A DNA stretch of 64,000 nt, taken from positions 310,001-374,000 of the forward strand of contig NW_026782413.1 of the NCBI RefSeq assembly GCF_031769215.1, written 5' to 3'. The notes under the pieces were generated by a model, which did no database searches, had not been told where the DNA came from, and saw only the letters and a list, made by a program, of their open reading frames with translations. Shown piece after piece: positions 28,401 through 40,118 of this stretch (position 1 is its first letter; each line of letters starts with the position of its first letter). A program made the position numbers and the translations under genes. This DNA comes from Ylistrum balloti (lineage: Eukaryota).

Positions 28401-29174
28401 TTGATGTGTGTGTGTAAATGTGTGTTGTGTGTTGTGTGTATGTAAATGTTAAGTTGATGTGTTGTGTGTATGTAAATGTTAAGTTTGTGTGTTGTGTGTA
28501 TGTAAATGTTAAGTTGATGTGTTGTGTGTATGTAAATGTTAAGTTTGTGTGTTGTGTGTATGTAAATGTTAAGTTGATGTGTTGTGTGTATGTAAATGTT
28601 AAGTTGATGTGTTGTGTGTATGTAAATGTTAAGTTGATGTGTTGTGTGTATGTAAATGTTAAGTTGATGTGTTGTGTGTATGTAAATGTTAAGTTGATGT
28701 GTTGTGTGTATGTAAATGTTCAGTTGATGTGTTGTGTGTATGTAAATGTTAAGTTGATGTGTTGTGTGTATGTAAATGTTAAGTTGATGTGTTGTGTGTA
28801 TGTAAATGTTAAGTAGATGTGTTGTGTGTATGTAAATGTTAAGTTGATGTGTTGTGTGTATGTAAATATTAAGTTGATGTGTTGTGTGTATGTAAATGTT
28901 ACGTTGATGTGTTGTGTTTATGTAAATGTTAAGTTGATGTGTTGTGTGTATGTAAATGTTAAGTTGATGTGTTGTGTGTATGTAAATATTAAGTTGATGT
29001 GTTGTGTGTATGTAAATGTTAAGTTGATGTGTTGTGGGTATGATATTTTTCTTTGGTTTATGGTCCATATTGATTTGTTGTGTGTATGAAGTGACCATAT
29101 CTCAATCTTGTTGCAGGTCCAGAGATCATGGAACAATCCTAAACATAAGTTTTTACATAGCCAATCACATTTAA
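13423..29174 (+). CDS. Uncharacterised ~1487-aa Ser/Asp/Glu-rich, largely disordered protein (7 predicted coding exons)
   Basis: Phase-consistent chain: 13423-13830 (CGG|gtaaga, phase 0), 17178-18408 (phase 1), 22474-22534 (phase 2), 23885-26118 (phase 1), 26457-26637 (phase 2), 26888-27178 (phase 2), 29117-29174 (stop); total 4464 nt. It joins track ORFs 13396..13887, 17202..18434, 23874..26141, 26384..26641 and 26820..27239. No domain was recognised; the start codon and last exon are uncertain. Confidence 0.8.
14095..15185. repeat. Two related 31-bp minisatellites in intron 1 of the orphan gene
   Basis: Unit agtggcaggttctctatgtagatgccagcat grades into unit agtgacacattctatatgtacaggccaccac. 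Confidence 0.9.
15520..16080. repeat. Degenerate ~24-bp tandem repeat
   Basis: gtgaccttagtaattagatgttgt is exact at 15918-15990, with diverged copies on both sides. Confidence 0.75.
16445..16552 (-). mobile_element. tRNA-derived SINE head remnant
   Basis: Minus strand ggtggtcaggtagtgcagtgataatgcacttgtctttcacctagatgtccagggttagaccc has degenerate A-box and B-box spacing and no intact cloverleaf. Confidence 0.55.
16730..16869. mobile_element. Truncated MITE end (Tc1/mariner-pogo-like terminus)
   Basis: Ends attcgcgaaattgaagtgatttacagta, i.e. a TA-CTGTAAA type terminus. The matching end was not found. Confidence 0.35.
18205..18390 (+). repeat. Coding 24-bp repeat (8 aa, VSSNNDG[T/N]-like, about 7 copies)
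   Basis: gtgtcctcaaacaa recurs every 24 nt inside the exon 17178-18408 reading frame. Confidence 0.9.
18540..19535. repeat. 23-bp minisatellite (about 40 copies, with interspersed variant blocks)
   Basis: Unit ccacacagacttattgacttcta. Confidence 0.95.
20815..20960. mobile_element. Possible HINE/Helentron terminal remnant
   Basis: tttctttgtataacccccacc...gttggggttggtatataggaatcaccttgtttgtcagtccatc: a T-rich start, a short hairpin and a gtcc-type microsatellite remnant, as in DINE-1-like elements. Pattern-based call. Confidence 0.35.
22270..22410. repeat. 46-bp tandem repeat, 3 copies
   Basis: gataactccctactcaatactccatagaatcagagagagaaaccct at 22270, 22316 and 22362. Confidence 0.9.
22570..23782. 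repeat. 23-bp minisatellite (21/23/25-bp variants, about 52 copies) filling intron 3 of the orphan gene
   Basis: Unit tatatatgggtacagatactgtg; it explains the six overlapping 300-420-aa ORFs at 22562-23904. Confidence 0.97.
25650..26000 (+). repeat. Coding 78-bp repeat (26 aa EIHRIQGPEQGDQIPEPGISTENNRS, about 4.5 copies)
   Basis: Seen directly in the translation of ORF 23874..26141. Confidence 0.95.
27390..29045. repeat. 30-bp minisatellite (about 50 copies) with a ~240-bp higher-order duplication
   Basis: Unit tgtgttgtgtgtatgtaaatgttaagttga; the spacer gtatcagtttttgtcagctggttgacaga occurs at about 27700 and 27942. Confidence 0.97.
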
Positions 29175-31389
29175 CCTCTCTTTTCAAGATGTTATCCATG
29201 ATTGGTACAATCAAAACATAAGACAGATTTATGATAATTTTATGATCCTGGGGCCTGGTCTTGGCACTCCTAAAGCCATTTCAGCATTCCCACAGCACTC
29301 AGTACTTCACACCGCTACGATTGTCAAAGTTCTTAAAAGATCTTTAATGTATAAATGACTGAATGTTAAAAATCTACTGTTCTTGCCAGTAACATACTTA
29401 TTACATTAAGTAATAGGGTTTACCACAACGACATATCTATCAGTTTGTATTGGGAATTGACTAATCTAGGGCATGTTGACCAGTATTTTGATGGTCAGTG
29501 ACCTGTCTGGTTGCTATACTCCAGTCAACACTATTGGTAGAGATATACGACCAATGACATTTAGTGTTACCATACACCAGGTAGTAAAGATATATGTTCT
29601 TTGACCTACACTGTAACTGAATACTAGGTAGAAGAAGTGTATGAACTTTGACCTCAATTGTTACTCTACACCAGGTTGTAGAGATGTATGACTTATGACG
29701 TCATACGTTACTGTATACACTTTACCAGTTTAGAGATGTATGACGTATTTTGTACATGTAAAAATGTTTAACGATATATAACTTATGACCACTAGTGTCA
29801 ATATGCCAGGTAATTGAAGTATATGACTTTTGACCTTTAGTGTTACTGTACTTGTACCGATATACAAGGAAGTAGAGATGTATGACATGTGACCTCTATC
29901 GTTACTGTGTACCAGGCTAGAGATGCTTGACCTATGACCTCTAGTGTTACTGCTACACTTCATAATAGAGGTATATGACCTTTGACCGCTATTGTTATAA
30001 CATTTGACCTCTATTGTTACTGCTATACCACATAATCGAGGTGTATGACCTTTGACCTATATTGTTACTGTATATTAGGTAGTAGAAGTGTTTGACCTAT
30101 GACCCCTATTATGATTGTATAGTTTAGATATAAATAACCTGTAATCATTATATTATATGTATATTATGGTCAGTAAAATTGCTGTACATTTCAGGAATTG
30201 ATTTTAAGATGATCAAGTACCTGTAGATGTCAAATTTTGTGAGATTTAATTAGTTCATTAAAAAATGTGCCACAGCTTGTTCAACACCTACTGCTCTCCA
30301 CTAATTTATGGTGTTATGTATATTGTAGTAGTATTATCAACACAAAAATATCTAGACAGAAATTCTAAATATTTCACCTATGAAGCTTTAAATAGGAAAT
30401 AAACCCGTAAATTTTATATCAATTCAATTAAAAGCATTGAAGTGATCATTTGTTCAATATGAAAGCTCATTTGTCTTAACAAAACGTTATTAGTGATAAT
30501 ACCTAATGAAAGGAAATACTGGTGATGACAAAGTGATGAAGTTTAGTGCACACATACTCTGTTTTTATTGATAATGTATTTGAAATAGCTTTAGAATACT
30601 AATTATTTCTGATGAAGAAATAACTATAGTTTCTGTAGTAATCTGACAATGTAATCAACAGTATATACTTATTTACACTATAGATATATAACAAACATAT
30701 ATATTGTGTATCAGAGTAAACCTCTTTTTAATCCAATTTTTTTTATCTGTAAAGTAAGAAATATTTGACAAAGCATGTATGTCTGAAGTTGTCCTGATCG
30801 AAAGACATTCTGATTACAGCTATGGTGACGGGAAAAGAATTATTGTTCATGATTTAACTTCAATACTTGAAATGTTTTAACTTTTTTTTGTCCGTTGACT
30901 CTTTGTTTTGATGATGATGGTACAACTAGGATACCAAGAACTATTTCATGATTTTAGCATTACAAGGGAGTGGTTTTTAGGTTTGATGTTGATGAGAATT
31001 ACAAGGGAGATGGTTTAAGGTGTTAAAGCTATAAACATCTATATTTATATGTCGTTTGACCAGGTGATGGGAGGATTGTCTCTCGATAGAAATCAGATTT
31101 ACATATCATGCCATAATGATCCGTCCACTAATGAGGCAATTCACTGAACCGTGACCTTGTGTAACTTCGGTGTAGGACTCCATAAAGTCTCTGATTTGCA
31201 ATCTATATTTATTCAGATTTGTTTTAATTTATCAAATACAATGATGTTTATGTTGTTTCTAATTTATACTGTTGTTTTATAAATATACATGAGTGTATAT
31301 CTTTTTTTCTGAATGAAAACTTTTTATTTCAATTCTTTGCTGCCATAATTCATGTATATATGTTCAACTTTTTGTTACATATTCTAACA

Positions 31390-32880
31390 TCAGTACTGAT
31401 GATGTCTGTTCCCTGAACACCTGTACTGATGTTCTTTGTGCACTGAACACCTGTACTGATGTTCTTTGTCTGTTCCCTGAACACCTGTACAGATGTTCTG
31501 TGTCTGTTCCCTGAGAACCTGTACTGATGTTCTGTGTCTGTTCTCTGAACACCTGTATTTATGTTCTATGTCTGTACACTGAACACCTGTACTGGTGTTC
31601 TGTGTATGTTCACCGAACACCTGTACTGGTGTTCTGTGTCTGTTCTCTGAACACCTGTGCAGATGTTCTTTGTCAATTCTCTGAACACCTGTACTGGTGT
31701 TGTCTGTTCTCTGAACACCTGTACTAATGTTCTCTGTCTGTTCTCTGAACACCTGTACTGATGTTCTGTGTCTGTTCTCTGAACACCTGTACTGATGTTA
31801 TCTGTTCTCTGAACACCTGTAATCATGTCCTGTGTCTGTTCTCTGAACACCTGTACTCATGTTCTGTGTTTGTTCACTGTACACCTTACTCATGTTCTGT
31901 GTCTGTACACTGAACACTTGTACTGATGTTGTCAGTACACTGAACACCTGTATTTATGTTCTGTGTTTGTTCACTGAACACCTGTACTGATGATGTCTGT
32001 ACACTGAACAACTGTACTGATGTTGTCCGACACTGAACACCTGTATTTATGTTCTGTGTTTGTTCACTGAACACCTGTACTGATGATGTCTGTACACTGA
32101 ACAACTGTACTGATGTTCTGTGTCAATTCTCTGAACACCTGTACCGATGTTCTGCGTCTGTACACCTGTACTGATGTTATGTGTCTGTACACTGAACACC
32201 TGTACTGATGTTGTGTCTGTACACTGTACACCTGTACTGATGTTGTCTGTACACTGAACACCTGTACTGATGTTCTGTGTCAATTCTCTGAACACCTGTA
32301 CTGATGTTCTGTGTCTGTTCCTTGAACACCTGTACTGATGTTTTCTGTACACTGAACACCTGTACTGATGTTGTCTATACACTGAACACCTGTACTGATG
32401 TTGTCTGTACACTGAACACCTGTACTGATGTTGTCTGTACACTGAACACCTGTACTGACATTATGTGTCTGTACACTGAACACCTGTACTGATGTTGTCC
32501 GACACTGAAAACCTGTATTTATGTTCTGTGTTTGTTCACTGTACACCTGTACTGATGTTCTGTGTCTGTCCTCTGAACACCTGTACTGATGATGTCTGTG
32601 CACTGAACAACTGTACTGATGTTCTGTGTCTGTACACTGAACACCTGTACTGATGTTCTGTGTCTGTCCTTTGAACACCGTACTGATGTTGTCTGTACAC
32701 TGAACACCTGTACTGATGTTCTGTGTCTGTTCTCTGAACACCCGTACTGTTGTTGTCTGTACACTGAACACCTGTACTGATGTTATGTGTCTGTACACTA
32801 AACACCTGTACTGATGTTCTGTTTCTGTTCCCTGAACACCTGTACCGATGTTATGCGTCTGTACACCTGTACTGATTTTT
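31390..32880. repeat. 29-34-bp minisatellite
   Basis: Core ctgaacacctgtactgatgtt(ctgtgt)ctgt. Confidence 0.95.
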
Positions 32881-33084
32881 ATGTACTTTTACATATTACA
32901 CCTGTGATGATGGTACATGTGTACATGCAATATGACGTTACACATACCTAGTTTGTGTCATCATACTCTTAGTATACCTGGATTGTACTTATAATGTAGC
33001 TTTAATTTATCATGTTTGCAATTTTAAAAGTTTTTATGCAGACTTATCTATATGTATCTGCAGTAACATTCCCACAGATTATTG

Positions 33085-36000
33085 ACATACAATAGTATAA
33101 ATAGTATATACAGTCAGTACAATAGTATATACAGTCAGTACAACAGTATATACAGTCAGTACAATAGTCTATACAGTCAGTACAATAGTCTATACAGACA
33201 GTACAATAGTATATACAGACAGTACAATAGTATATACAGTCAGTACAATAGTATACCTATACAGTCAGTACAATAGTATATACAGTCAGTACAATAGTAT
33301 ATACAGTCAGTACAATAGTATATACAGTCAGTACAATAGTATATACAGTCAGTACAATAGTATATACAGTCAGTACAATAGTATATACAGTATATAGTCA
33401 GTCAGTACATATAGTATATATATACAATAGTATATATACAGTCAGTACAATAGTATATATAGTATATACAATCAGTACAATAGTATATACACAGTATAGT
33501 ATATACAGTACAATAGTATATAGTAGTACAATAGTATATATAGTATATACAGTCAGTACATATATAGTATATACAGTCAGTACATATAGTATATACAGTC
33601 AGTACAATAGTATATATAGTCAGTACAATAGTATATATAGTATATACAGTCAGTACAATAGTATATACAGTCAGTAGTATATAGTCAGTATATAGTATAT
33701 ATAGTACAATAGTATATATAGTATATATATACAGTACAATAGTACATATAGTATATACAGTCAGTACATATAGTATATACAGTATATAGTATATACAGTC
33801 AGTACAATAGTATATATAGTATAGACAGTCAGTACAATAGTATATATAGTATATACAGTCAGTACAATAGTATATATAGTATATACAGTCAGTACAATAG
33901 TATATATAGTCAGTATATAGTATATACAGTCAGTACAATAGTATATATAGTATATCAGTCAGTACAATAGTATATATAGTATATATAGTATATAGTATAT
34001 ATAGTATATATAGTATATACAGTCAGTACAATAGTATATACAGTCAGTACAATAGTATATACAGTAGTACAATAGTATATACAGTCATACAATAGTATAT
34101 ATATATAGTATATAGTCAGTACATATAGTATATACAGTATATAGTATATACAGTCATACAATAGTATATACAGTCAGTACAATAGTATATATAGTATATA
34201 CAGTCAGTACAATAGTATATATAGTATATACAGTCAGTACAATAGTATATATAGTATATACAGTCAGTACAATAGTATATACAGTCAGTATAGTATATAC
34301 ACAGTATATATACAGTCAGTATATATAGTATATATAGTATAGTATATACAGTCATACAATATATATATACAGTCAGTACAATAGTATATACAGTCATATA
34401 GTATATACAGTCAGTACAATAGTATATACAGTCAGTATAGTATATATAGTATATACAGTACATATATAGTATATACAGTCAGTACAATAGTATATACAGT
34501 CAGTACATATAGTATATACATATATAGTATATACAGTCAGTACAATAGTATATATATCATACAATAGTATATATAGTATATATATAGTATATACAGTCAG
34601 TACAATAGTATATACAGTCAGTACAATAGTATATATAGTATATACAGTCAGTACAATAGTATATACAGTCAGTACAATAGTATATACAGTCAGTACAATA
34701 GTATATACAGTCAGTACAACAGTATATACAGTCAGTATATACAATCAGTACAATATATATAGTCAGTACAATAGTATATATAGTCATATACAGTATATAT
34801 ATATACAATAGTATATACAGTCAGTACAGTACAATAGTATATATAGTATATTCATTCTGTTCAATAGTATATACAGTCTGTTCTATAGTATATACAGTCA
34901 GTACAATAGTTTATATAGTATATACAGTCAGTACAATAGTATATACAGTCAGTACAATAGTATATACAGTCAGTACAATAGTATATATAGTATATACAGT
35001 CAGTACAATAGTATATACAGTCAGTACAATAGTATATACAGTCAGTACAATAGTATATACAGTCAGTACAATAGTATATACAGTCAGTACAATAGTATAT
35101 ATAGTATATACAGTCAGTACAATAGTATATATAGTATATACAGTCAGTACAATAGTATATACAGTCAGTACAATAGTATATACAGTCAGTACAATAGTAT
35201 ATATAGTATATACAGTCAGTACAATAGTATATACAGTCAGTACAATAGTATATACAGTCAGTACAATAGTATATATAGTATATACAGTCAGTACAATAGT
35301 ATATATAGTACAATAGTATATATATATACAGTCAGTACAATAGTATATATAGTCAGTACAATAGTATATATACAGTCAGTACAATAGTATATATAGTATA
35401 TACAGTACAATAGTACATATAGTATATACAGTCAATAGTATATATAGTATATACAGTCAGTACAATAGTATATATAGTATATATAGTATAAGTACAGTCA
35501 GTACAATAGTATATATATAGTATATACAGTCAGTATATAGTATATACAGTCAGTACATATAGTATATACAGTATATATACAATAGTATATACAGTCAGTA
35601 CATATAGTATATACAGTCAGTACATATAGTATACAATAGTATATATATAGTACAATAGTATATACGGTCAGTACAATAGTATATACGGTCCATACAATAG
35701 TATATACAGTCAGTACAATAGTATATACAGTCAATATATATAGTCAGTGCAATAGTATATACAGTCAGTACAATAGTATATACATATACAGTATATACAG
35801 TCAGTATATAGTATATACAGTCAGTACATATAGTATATACAGTCAGTACATATAGTATATATATACAATAGTATATATAGTCATATACAATAGTATATAT
35901 AGTATATACAGTCAGTACAATAGTATATATAGTATATACAGTCAGTACAATAGTATATACAGTCAGTACAATAGTATATACAGTCAGTATATACAGTCAG

Positions 36001-38582
36001 TACAATAGTATATACAGTCAGTACAATAGTATATATAGTATATACAGTCAGTACAATAGTATATACAGTCAGTACAATAGTATATATAGTATATACAGTC
36101 AGTACAATAGTATATATAGTATATACAGTCAGTCAGTACAATAGTATATATAGTATATACAGTCAGTACAGTCAGTACATATAGTATATACAGTCAGTAC
36201 ATATAGTATATATCATATAGTATATACAGTCAGTACAATAGTATATAGTATACAATAGTATATACAGTACAATAGTATATACATATAGTATATACAGTCA
36301 GTACATATAGTATATATAGTATATACAGTCAGTACAATAGTATATACAATAGTATATATAGTATATCAGTATATATAGTATATACAGTCAGTACAATAGT
36401 ATATATAGTCAGTATATATAGTATATACAGTCAGTACAATAGTATATACAGTCAGTATAATAGTACATATAGTATATATAGTAGTACATATAGTATATAC
36501 AGTCAGTACAATAGTATATATAGTATATACAGTCAGTACAATAGTACAATAGTATATATATACAGTCAGTACATATAGTATATACAGTCAGTACATATAG
36601 TATATATAGTATATATATACAATAGTATATATAGTATATACAGTACAATAGTATATATAGTATATACAGTCAGTACAATAGTATATACATAGTACATATA
36701 GTATATATATACAGTAGTACAATAGTATATAGTCAGTATAGTATATACAGTCAGTACAATAGTATATATAGTATATACAGTCAGTACAATAGTATATATA
36801 TATATATACAGTCAGTACAATAGTATATATACAGTACATATATATAGTATATAGTCATATAGTATATACAGTAGTATATAGTATATACAGTCAGTACAAT
36901 AGTATATACAGTAGTACAATAGTATATATATACAATAGTATATATAGTATATACAGTCAGTACAATAGTATATACAGTCAGTACAATAGTATATATAGTA
37001 TATACAGTCAGTACAATAGTATATACAGTCAGTACAATAGTATATACAGTCAGTACAACAGCCAGTACAATAGTATATACAGTCAGTAGATACAGTCAGT
37101 ACAATAGTATATACAGTCAGTACAATAGTATATACAGTCAGTACAATAGTATATACAGTCAGTAGATACAGTCAGTACAATAGTATATACAGTCAGTACA
37201 ATAGTATATACAGTCAGTACAATAGTATAAACAGTCAGTACAACAGTCAGTACAATAGTATATACAGTCAGTACAATAGTATATACAGTCAGTAGATACA
37301 GTCAGTACAATAGTATATACAGTATATATAGTATATACAATAGTATATATAGTATATACAGTCAGTACAATAGTATATAGTCAGTACAATAGTATATATA
37401 GTATATATAGTATATACAGTCAGTATATATATATATAGTAGTACAATAGTATATACATAGTACAATAGTATATATAGTATATACAGTCAGTACAATAGTA
37501 TATATATATACAGTCAGTACAATAGTATATATAGTACAATAGTATATATATATACAATAGTACATATATATACAGTACAATAGTATATACAGTCAGTACA
37601 ATAGTATATATAGTATATACAGTACAATAGTATATATAGTACATATAGTCAGTATATAGTATATACAGTCAGTACAATAGTATATATAGTATATACATTC
37701 CGACCAATAGTATATACAGTCAGTACAATAGTATATACAGTCAGTACAATAGTATATACAGTCAGTACAATAGTATATACAGTCAGTACAACAGTATATA
37801 CAGTCAGTAGATACAGTCAGTACAATAGTATATACAGTCAGTACAATAGTATATACAGTCAGTACAATAGTATATACAGTCAGTACAATAGTATATACTG
37901 TCAGTACAATAGTATATATAGTACAATAGTATATACAGTCATATACAATAGTACATATAGTATATATATACAGTATATACAGTACAATAGTATATATAGT
38001 ATATACAGTCAGTACAATAGTATATATAGTATATACAGTCAGTACAATAGTATATATAGTAGTACATATAGTATATATCAGTATATAGTCAATAGTATAT
38101 ATAGTATATACAGTCAGTATATATATACAGTCAGTACAATAGTATATATAGTCAGTACAATAGTATATAGTCAGTACAATAGTATATAGTATATACAGTA
38201 GTACAATAGTATATATAGTATATACATAGTACATATAGTATATACAGTCAGTACAATAGTATATATAGTACAATAGTATATATATACAGTACAATAGTAT
38301 ATATAGTATATACACAGTACAATAGTATATAGTCATACAATATAGTATATACATCAGTACAATAGTATATACAGTATATAGTATATACAGTCAGTACAAT
38401 AGTATATATATACAGTCAGTACATATAGTATATACAGTCAGTACAATAGTATATACAGTCAGTACAATAGTATATATAGTATATAGTATATAGTATATAC
38501 AGTCAGTACAATAGTATATATAGTATATACATATAGTATATAGTCAGTACAATAGTATATACAGTCAGTACAATAGTATATA
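33085..38582. repeat. 5.5-kb AT-rich 21-bp satellite with many slipped variants
   Basis: Unit tatatacagtcagtacaatag, with interspersed tatatatag. Confidence 0.97.
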
Positions 38583-38589
38583 CATGGTC

Positions 38590-40070
38590 CTGCTATACAC
38601 ACTTAAGCCTGTTCCTGCTACACACTTTAGTGTGTCCTGCTACACACTTAAGCCTGTTCCTGCTACACACTTTAGTATGTCCTGTTACACACTTAAGCAT
38701 GTTCCAGCTACACACTTAAGCATGTTCCAGCTACACACTTAAGCATGTTCCAGCTACACACTAAGCATGTTCCAGCTACACACTTAAGCATGATCCAGCT
38801 ACACACTAAGCATGTTCCAGCTACACACTAAGCATGTTCCAGCTACACACTAAGCATGTTCCAGCTACACACTTAAGCATGTTCCAGCTACACACTAAGC
38901 ATGTTCCAGCTACACACTAAGCATGTTCCAGCTACACACTTAAGCATGATCCAGCTACACACTAAGCATGTTCCAGCTACACACTTAAGCATGATCCAGC
39001 TACACACTAAGCATGTTCCTGCGACACACTTTAGTATGTCCTGTTACACAATTAAGCCTGTTCCTGCTACACACTTAAGCATGATCCAGCTACACATTTA
39101 AGCATGATCCTGCTACACACTAAGCATGTTCCTGCTACACACTTAAGCATGTTCCAGCTACACACTTAAGCATGTTCCAGCTACACACTTAAGCCTGTTC
39201 CTGCTACACACTTAAGCATGTTCCAGCTACACACTTAAGCATGTTCCAGCTACACACTTAAGCCTGTTCCTGCTACACACTTAAGCATGATCTTTCTACA
39301 CACTTAAGTATGTTCCAGCTACACACTTAAGCATGTTCCAGCTACACACTTAAGCCTGTTCCTGCTACACACTTTAGTATGTCCTGCTACACACTTAAGC
39401 ATGTTCCAGCTACACACTTAAGCCTGTTCCAGCTACACACTTAAGCATGTTCCAGCTACACACTTAAGCATGTTCCAGCTACACACTTAAGCCTGTTCCA
39501 GCTACACACTAAGCATGATCCAGCTACACACTAAGCATGTTCCAGCTACACACTTAAGCCTGTTCCTGCTACACACTTAAGCATGATCCAGCTACACACT
39601 AAGCATGATCCAGCTACACACTTAAGCATGTTCCAGCTACACACTTAAGCCTGTTCCAGCTACACACTTAAGCATGTTCCAGCTACACACTTAAGCATGT
39701 TCCAGCTACACACTTAAGCATGTTCCAGCTACACACTTAAGCATGTTCCAGCTACACACTTAAGCATGTTCCAGCTACACACTTAAGCCTGTTCCAGCTA
39801 CACACTTAAGCTTGCTACACACTTAAGCATGTTCCAGCTACACACTTAAGCATGTTCCAGCTACACACTTAAGCATGTTCCAGCTACACACTTAAGCCTG
39901 TTCCTGCTACACACTTAAGCATGTTCTTGCTACACACTTAAGCATGTTCCAGCTACACACTTAAGCATGTTCCAGCTACACACTTAAGCATGTTCCAGCT
40001 ACACACTAAGCATGATCCAGCTACACACTTAGCATGTCCCAGCTACACACTTTCTACACACTTTAGCCTG
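38590..40070. repeat. 23-bp minisatellite (about 64 copies; 21-bp variants)
   Basis: Unit ttaagcatgttccagctacacac. Confidence 0.97.
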
Positions 40071-40118
40071 TTCGAGCTGACTTTAACAAATTCCATCCAT
40101 ACGATTTCATCATATTGT

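Noticed and set aside
27399-29214. Cys/Val-rich and His/Thr-rich ORFs (CCVYVNVKLM, HTTHQLNIYI)
   Set aside because: 30-bp satellite artefacts; not metallothionein-like proteins.
31364-39101. Many Tyr/Cys/Thr-rich ORFs
   Set aside because: Translations of the three intergenic satellites; no splice-consistent model.
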